From NCBI GenBank assembly GCA_000708835.1, contig DF237359.1, positions 19,202 through 83,201 of the forward strand: DNA of 64,000 nt, written 5' to 3'. Below, one piece after another: positions 11,972-20,900 of the stretch. Position numbers and translations under genes: made by a program. Below the pieces are notes generated by a model. The model was not told the origin of the DNA. It saw only the letters and a list, made by a program, of their open reading frames with translations, and searched no databases. Source of the stretch: Klebsormidium nitens (taxonomy: Eukaryota; Plantae; Klebsormidiophyceae). The first letter of the stretch is position 1. Each line of letters starts with the position of its first letter.

Positions 11972-14900
11972 TCAGCAACTGGCGCCGTTGCAGTAAGTGG
12001 GGATTGGGCGCGGGAATGGCTTGGCCTGCTCGTATGCATACGCCATCTCGATAAGCTTCGCCTCGCTATAGCGCACCCCGTGGAAGACGAATCCGACCGG
12101 GCTGCCCAGGCTGGACTTGAGCCCGGGGACGGAAATGCTCGGGAACCTGGAAAAACGGCCGGGGGATAAATCATCGGTCAGTCTCCTATTACGAAGTGCT
12201 TGGATTGTATTTTCATCTTTTATTGTAAAACGTCTATGCGAATGGCAGTGGACAGCTTGGGGCGGTGACAGCTAGTGCTCGGCAAAAGAACAAAGTTGAT
12301 TGAGAGATGTGAACGGTTTGGAAAAGACTTGAGGAGACCGGCCAAACATGCCGCATCTGACGTGAACGACGATCCTCCGAACGGACAAGTAGCCGTTCAA
12401 AAAGAGCTTCAAGCCTCAGTACTAAATCCAAGATAGGAGTAGAGAGACCGTCTTTTTAGTAGTGCGCAGGAAGAAAGCACATGTCAACCTCAATATGAAT
12501 GTCGCAAGAGTCATATCAAAAAGCAGAGGGAAATACATCGGACAAAAAATACACATAATCCAAACGGATCCTGACATCAGAAGCAGTATGGTACAGTTCG
12601 AAGTGAGGGGGTGCTCACTGGGCGGTGGCAAAGGTACCGGTGAGCCCGCCGGTGGATGTGATCGCGTCGTAGCCGTTGCCGTCCAGGAACGAGGTGATGC
12701 CTGCCGCGACCGCCGATGCGTTCTGTATACGCGGGGAGAAGTTATGATAAGGACTGCTGGGACCCACTGGGCACCGCTAGTGTTCGACGCGTACTCTGAA
12801 ATTGGGCTTGATTTCGAATCAAAGCCGTGTTCTGAACGTGACGAAAGTCATTTGGGTGGTCTTCTGCGCGTATTTCAGGAACAACTATTGCTGTTTTTGG
12901 GCGAGTGTTCTTTGATTGACGAGGCTTTTACACAACGCCTGCGATAACCCCCAGTCTTTAGGAATGCGTCAAGGAAGAAAGATAGGTTTACCTGTCTGGC
13001 GCTGATGCAGGTAGGATAGCTAAACCCAGTTGTGCCTTACGGTTTTCCAAGTCTGCTGGTAGAAGTTTTCCGGACGAAACTTTGACAAAGCTCTCAAAGA
13101 TGCCTTGAAATGCAGAAGTGCGTCAAGCAAGAAAGATATGGATCATTAGTTACCTGTTTGGCGCTGATGTAGTTAGGATTGCTAAACCCGGTGGTGTTAT
13201 GCGAACTCTCCCAAGTCTGCTGGAAGAACTTGATTTCCCTCACGCACCTTTGTCAAAACTCAGAAAGACGCCATGATGAGAGTCAGAAGTGTCGAAAAGA
13301 AAGACGGGTTACCTGTTTGGCGCTGATGTAGTTAGGGTTGCTAAACCCGGTGGTGTTCTGCGAGCTTTCCCAGGTCTGCTGGAAGAAGTTGCCGTAGGCG
13401 GGCTCGCCGCGGCAGCACGTGCCGCCCTGGAACTCAAGCAGATAGTTGTCTGCAAAAACGACGGAGAATAAGATCTGGGTCTTTCTCTGTTTACTGGTCA
13501 ATCAGACGAGGGACCCTTCGCAAAGGAACGGACCGTAAGTGGAGGCGAATCATCGCGTGCAGAAGAATAACAAAGTCTTGGGGAAGAAGGAAACTGGTTT
13601 TCCGTGAGTGAGACCTTACAAGCAATCACGACTCCCAACGAAAGCGAAGCGGAACGGCAAAATTTGCCTCTGAGCGCCTTTGGACGCACACGCAAAACTT
13701 ACAAAAAGCAGAAAAGTATGCGATCGACCCGAGGACCTTCAAGAACAAAAAGACGCATATTGACCATCTGTGGACAGAATTAACGATAGGATCGGACGTA
13801 GGATGACAGAAAGAGTCGGAACAAATCGTCTGAAGTAAATCCGTTCAGAAACTAATGGAGGGAGTACGGATGGCAGATCATGGAGGGCAAAGGACGGAGG
13901 AAGAAATAGCGGACGGCATCTGGAGTGGAAGGCTGCGGACGTAAGCGGACAGAAAACGGACGGCAGAGTGGCTCGAAGCAGATTAAGCAGCAGTAACGTT
14001 ATCGAAAAATATTGCGGGTTAGACAGGGGACGGGCACGGCACATAGGCGGCTCGGAATCCGATCAGGACACAGTACGCCTTCGAGACGTGCGGACGGACT
14101 CGGCCTGCTGGCGGACGGAACGGAATGGAATCGGACGGAAGGCAGATCGACGGACAAACAATGGATGCGAAAAATACGCACTAAGAGAAGAGTGGACGTG
14201 TGGTCTTTGGATTCGAATGGACATGCAAGGTCAGATGACGAATTATAGTTGAAAAGCACAGAAAGGAAGGGAGTTTTCATAACGGTGTTTCCACAGAACG
14301 AGGGCGCTCACCCTTGTTGAATTGGATCATGTCCGCAAGGGTCTTCTGAACGGTGAAGCCGGGCTTCCAGCTCAGCTCTGCAACAAGAAAAAAGACCAGG
14401 TTAATACGGCGGTTATCGATTCAGGGAAAAGACGCGAGAGACAAGGAGTTAGCTAGACAAGGTCGAGACAGCATTGATAGAGGGTTAAGGAAAAGCAGGT
14501 TTTTTCCATAAAGGGCCCTGCAAAGGAGCCTAAGGAAAGTGGGAAAGGTCGGTATGCAAGAACTTCGTTAACCCAGAAACCAGATTTGATCCGCAAGTAG
14601 CTCTAAAACTTCGTTAGGACAGCCCACAGAGGACTTCTGAGCCGGTTTCAACCTTAATTCAGATCACTGGGGGAGGTGCTCAGGCCGACAAGTTCCGGAA
14701 ACCCCTTCTGTGAAAGATATTCGACATATTATTTTAGGAGATTGATTGAAGGGGTCTGAAAGGGCAAGAGGAGAGCCGTAAAACCCGAATCGCTTGACAA
14801 TCAAACCAAATCGTTTGACCGCCATCGCGAGAACCGTACAGTTCTGGATTATCTCTCGAAATTCTGGATTCGAACTTGGAGAAAAACGCCGATCTTCGAA

Positions 14901-17900
14901 CGATCAAACTGCTGTAGACGCGTACCTGAGAGGAACTGGTTGATGTTGACCTTGAAGTCTGTGGACAAGATGCCGCCCGTTCCGCCTGTTCCGAGATTGG
15001 CCGTTCCGGGGATGGTGAACGGAAACGGAAGCTCGTCCACGGTGGCGCCCTGGGCCCTGTGCAACAAGGATGGGGAAAGTGAGGAACCAGGGTGTGCAGT
15101 CTTTCCGAATTTACATGGAATCGGAAAGAAAAGGTCGACGGAAACCGGAACGGCCGGAAAGCAGTTCCAGGGGAAAACGGATAGCGCCCTCAGCGCTGCG
15201 CAGAGGAACGGAAAAGGAGCGGAATTGTAAGCAGGATGCAGTGTCACGTTCTGCCTCATTGACGAAAGCGAAAGCGACAGCGGAAGCGGAAGCGGAAGCG
15301 GAAGCGGAAGCGGAAGCAGGCACTGAAGGTGGGCCATTAAGGCGCTCCAGACTTGCCAGGGAGAGTTGTCTCGATTCCATGTTGAAACTAAGGGCCGTGT
15401 TGACCAAGGAGGGCGCCCGGGGGACGGGTAGGGTTGGTTTGAGGGTTAGGGTGGGTACGGGTGCGGAGCGTGTCATTTTTGGTTTCAGTTTTTCGTTTTG
15501 TTTTGGTCCCCGAGCACTGCCCTTAGTCACCATGCTCTTATTCGATATGAAGTCGAGAAGTACTTGGGAGGGTGAAACAAAAGGGCAACATGTGGTGATT
15601 GGATTGCTGAGCCGGACCAATAGCTTAGAAGCACCGTGACTAGGTTCCGCAAGCTTTAAGAAGATAGATGAGTCGACGGGGGTGATATCTCGATTGTTAA
15701 GCTGGCAATCCCTGAAAGGCTGGAACTGAAGATTCCTGGTCTGTTCTGACCTTTGGAGCCAGGTGAGACCGGCGGGAGGCTATCAAATGATACGATCGAT
15801 AACGAGAGTACACGGAAATGAAATGGGCCGTGAATAGCTTTACAGAGAAGAAATCGAAAATGAACGCTAAGGTCAGAGCACTCCGGGTCTACTTCTGGAA
15901 TGTACAAAGGTTGAACGGATGTGATAATCGGAATGGCATAGACTGGTGAAATAAACTGAAGATCGAGGAAAGTATGGCGGTGATTGCCATGCAGAATTGC
16001 ACGACAAGGAAGAAATCGATTCACTAAAAAGCTTCGAAAGTAAAAGAGAAGAACCCTGGACCACAATGGCAGGTGAGGGTAACTGGGGGACGAAAAAAGA
16101 GAAAAGAGAAAAGGAAAAGAGAGAAGACGAAAGAAAAAAGAAAGAAGAAAAAAGAAAGAAGAAAAAGAAAAAATAATAAAGAATAAAGACGCTCACCTGA
16201 GGATATCAGGAATGGCGTTGTAACCTTCGAGCGTGGCCGAGTTGGTCGTGTTGGGGTTAAGGGGCAGGAACGCAATCTTCTTGCCTGCGACCATCAGACA
16301 AACAGAAAAGGAGGACGTCACTTTATAGAGCTTTTTGCACTCGGGACTCCAAATGGTGAGCCCGTGCTTCTTGATCTTGGACCCTTGGATCGGCGTTGAA
16401 ACGACATCTAAGGACTCGACTTTCCGAACATTTGATGAACTGACGAAGCAACTTCGCGGATCAAATCGTTGTATTTCGAAGGGTACCAAATGAGAACGGG
16501 TTGAGTTGGTGATGTCACGGTCTGACCATGCTTTGAACTCTGTTATTGTGGAACTAGATGGGCGGCACGCGCTTGGGAAAGATTGTGGTGAGATTGAGGC
16601 GTGTCAAATAGATCGACTGGAAATGTAGGCTGAGTACTCTAAGTAATCAAGCAGAAGTTCTGGCGTGCTTTTCTGTATCCTTCGGGTAAAACCGCTCAGG
16701 GTTCTCAACCGGCCAGTTTTCTTGCCGGTATCGACTCCGCCTAAGCTCCATCCCGATCGATGTAGTGAACAGTAACAGCCGGTGAACAGTAACGGAGACG
16801 GGTCCGGTTGGTTAGGGGTTAGGGTGGGCAAGGGTGGGAAGCGAGTGGTCTTCTGGGTTAGGGTTTGTGGTAACCCCGAAATGCTTACTGTTTACTGGGC
16901 TTACAGTCCAATAGATCGAGAAATAGCTAAGCTCCACCAACCAGCGCCGTCACTTAGCGCGAGAATCGACTAACTTCAACAGAATCCGTCCTTATAAAAA
17001 CACACTCTTTTCGAAGACTCTTCGTCTTTCCCCATTAAGCACCATCCGTCTAGCTTTTCCAAATCTGGGCTTCTCAAATGAAGATGCAGAGCGAGCGCAT
17101 TCACACCTTGCAGGCCCGTCGTCTTGAGGAACTGCGCGAAGCCGCCCGCGGGCACGACCTGTCCGGCGGTGTACGAATCCTTCGGGTCGACGCCTGTGGT
17201 AGCGTCCAAAAGGTACACAGCGTCCGCGACGGTCCGGCACATGGGCCTGCACATCGGACCGTTGATTCGAGTATCTGACGGCTGAGATCCGTCACTTCTC
17301 AAACCGAAGCGCTGAAAGTGGTACGTGATAGAACGCCGCAGAACGCCACGAGAACGACTTACGCAGTGAAAGGTGCTAAGATTTAAACTGCTTTGCGAGT
17401 CTTTGGGACGTGCCCTGGTTTTCAAAGTTGAACCGCTAGAATTGGCAGCAGAAACCCATGCTCAGTCTGCGTTCCTAAGTCACAAGCGGATTTCGACGGC
17501 TGAGATGTCTAGAGGCAGTGTTTTTACAGACGACTGTGAAATTGCGAACGGTTGGACCGTCCGAGCAGAGCACCGAACGCCTGAGGTAAGTCATCGCTAT
17601 CAAGACGTGACGTCACGTTTTGATAGGGCTGCTGAGGGGATTTGTAGTGTCTTCAAAGCGCTGAACCGCGCTTGTGAAGCTAGTGTCCCAACCGTCACAG
17701 TTCCGTTACCGTTAAACAACTCACCCGGCGGTGTCCTGGGACTCCGAGAGCGGAATGACGCCGGCGCGGCTGACGAGGCCCACGGTGGGCTTGATTCCGA
17801 CGATTCCGTTCGCTCCGCTGGGGCCCAGGATCGATCCGCTCGTCTCAGATCCGATGGTCACCATCGCCTGCAGCAGCCGTACGACGAATCAGACTAGACG

Positions 17901-20900
17901 ACCAAGACGAAAAACGGATTGAAGAAGATTTGAAGGTAAACGGGTAAAGAAGAAGCGGTCAGGCCAACGAACAATCCGATCGAGAAGAATTGAACTTGAG
18001 GGAAGCTTGAACGGAAGGAAAGCGTCAACGAGTCCGTATCTGGATATCAAAGAATGGAAGGCTTCAGATCTGTCAATCTGCGCGCTTTTCGCCCCGCTTT
18101 GCTCGAACATCTTCCGGCACTGTGAGCTACTGACACGGGAATGCAGGAATCGAGGACCAGAACCGGAACCGGAAACGGAACCGGAGTTGGAAGAGGTCGC
18201 GGGATATTTTCCGCGTCAACTTGTCCTGCAGTTTCAGAGTAGAGCTCTGACTCCCTTCCTCCATTTTGCCTGAATCAGTCTGCAAGTCGTCAGTGTGCCT
18301 AGATCAGCCAGATACCAAAACCGGAAGTCTAGAGTTTCGACTTACCAGGTTGGCCGCGGCTGCGACGCCGGAACCGGAAGAGCTCCCGGAGACGATCGTC
18401 GGGTTCGTGTAGTTGACAAACGTGGTGTTGTCGGGGAAAACGGAGGGAATCTCGGGGTAAGGGTTGCGGACGATCAGCTGGCCGCTGATGGAGTAACGGA
18501 CGTACGGATTCTGCACACACAACGGAGGCGGGTTAAGGCTGGGTTTAACGAACGGGAAAGTAGGGTTTGAGTTGTGGACTGTTTCAATATGAGGATTGCG
18601 GACGATCAGGTAGCTAGGCCCTATGATAGGTTGCTGCATCAGACGTACGGGTTCAGTACATGGAAAGGAGAGCAGATTAAGGCTCGTTTCGGAGAAGTTA
18701 ACAGGTGGGTTGTACGTGGACAATTACTAGCTGTCCAATGAGCGCGCATGGAAGGAACGCACAGAATCTTGGATGACCGTGAAGGGGGGGTAGTTCCTAT
18801 CTTTCTGGGCCTCTGAAAGCGACTTCGACTCAGCTGGCAAAGACGTCACCAGCCGATGATGACGTCGGCGTGACGTCACTTACGTAAACTTGCCCCCCGC
18901 GGCCGGACCAGCCGGAGACGGAGCTGCCGCGGTAGTTGGCCCACTCGGAGAGGCCGAGCTTGCACAGGATAATTCCGCCCGCGTTCTTGATTCCGGTCGT
19001 GAGGTAGGCCTCCTCGTGGACGGAACCGAACAGGTTCCATGATCCTGAGCGGAATGGACGGACTGATCAGGAACGAATTCGAGATTGTTTTGGCCATAAC
19101 TCACCGCCCTACAATTGTTCTCTGCCTACTCAACCCTAGAGACCTGAAACGGATCATTCCCAAAATGTTACAGCAACGGAACGGATGAGCGGATTCCGCT
19201 AACCGTCAACTCTAAACCTTCCGAGCAGACGTGTCTTGTTTAGGGCGACCGGAACACCGCATACTTACAGAGAAGCAATGATAAACGGCTTCCTCACCAG
19301 CGGTGCACTCCATTCCGTCCGCGCACACGTTGTCCTTGAGGGCGACCGGAATTCCGTGCAGCTTGTTGAGGTTGCAGTTGGGCGCGCACGCCGCGCGCTC
19401 GATGTCCTTCGCGTCGGCGTCGGCCAGAGCCGTCGGGTTGAGCTCCAAAACGGCGTTGGTGGCATAAGCGGTCTGCACAAACAAGGTAATCGAAGTTGAC
19501 ACCAGAAAAATGTTGGCTAGTTGAAAAGCGGTCAATTTTTGTGCCGTGTGATCAGATCGAAGTATTCCGTGCACACAAGACAGCGGAGAAGTGGAGAGAA
19601 TGGTCCCGAACAGCATTTTTTGATATGGAATATAAGTCTCGCATTTTCTGATATGTATTTGAAAGCACTAGTTCGATAGCGGACAACTGAAAAGCAGATG
19701 TCCAAGCTGGTCGAAAGGGCAAAACCCGCGCTTGATACTCTTCCGAGTTAGCCGGTTAAGTTTGTCGGGTTAAAATCGCAAGCAAAGCTCGTGGGTTGCG
19801 TGTGCTGGACTAAGAACCAAGAAGAGACCTCCCAAAGCAATTTCAAAATCAGAAGATATACGAAGGACGCGAAGTTTCGTTTGCGGATCACGCAGAGCCG
19901 TCTTAAGCAACCACAATCTTGGAATAGTGGCGTCAGTGGTATAATATACGAACTCTCGAATTACCAAGGAGAAACGGAGCCATGAAAAGCATTACTCACG
20001 AGCCCCTTGAACGTGCCGATGTTGTCATAGTCAGCGATCCGCTGCAGGTAGCACGACACCAGCAGGCGTGACGTCAGCTCGCCGGTCTTGAACAGTGCCT
20101 GCGCGTCATCGATCGTCAGCTCGATGATCTTGGAGCAGTCGAAGCTGGTCGGGCCGGAAGGGTACGTTCCGGCGGAAAGGCTGTAGCACGTGAATGTGGA
20201 AGAGGAGAAGCATCCGGTTCCGGTGGGGCAGCAGTATTGGGCGGAACCGTCTGCGGTGGTGCAGGTCGACGGGTAGGCAGAGGAGGTGCAGGAGCCGCCG
20301 GACAGCGGAATGCCGATGGCGTCTGCGGAATGGAACGGAAAGGGTGAGCGCAGTCCCGGTGTCAGAGCTGGATTTGCAAGGGACGGACACATAGTCCACA
20401 TATAGGCCGGAATGGAGATTTGAGTCAGCCGCGCACAGGCAGGAGAATGTTCCAGGTCTGATGAGGCGCCAGAGAGCCCAGTTAATTCCGATTCAAAAAC
20501 GGAACGGACTAGAACTTTCTTAGCGCCGGAGGTTTTGAGACGAGAAGAGGTGAGGTTCCATTCTGAGTATCGCAAGCGGACAGCACGGAACCGGACAGGA
20601 TAGCAGTTTCACTGGCCATTGAACATTACAAGGAGCGGCAGAGAAAGAAGGATGCGCTTGGCGCTACACGCAAAAGAGGAACTCCAAGACGTCAGCAAAA
20701 GAATCAATCAGGAGCGGACCGGTGCCTTCCGAGGAAGAGCGGAAGGGGCGGACGGAATAGGGAGACGAGACAACGAGATGTCTAAAATGCAAGACCAAAA
20801 GCTGTTGAATTAGTAGAGAAGATCCAAACATAAGAGCAGACAGTCACGCAAAAGGAAGACACAATTTCACCAGATTCGACTGCGCCGCGCCGCGGCTAAG

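Noticed and set aside
15420-16870. Interstitial telomere repeats (TTAGGG-like at ~15440 and 16810-16865)
   Set aside because: Only 1-3 scattered imperfect units inside introns. More simply explained as low-complexity sequence or decayed echoes of exon 10 (CTTAACCCCAAC).
15070-17897. Long ORFs 15070-15639, 15111-15620, 15873-16196 and 17373-17897
   Set aside because: These are antisense or intronic frames of amidase A that stay open because of microsatellite, purine-tract or GC-rich composition.
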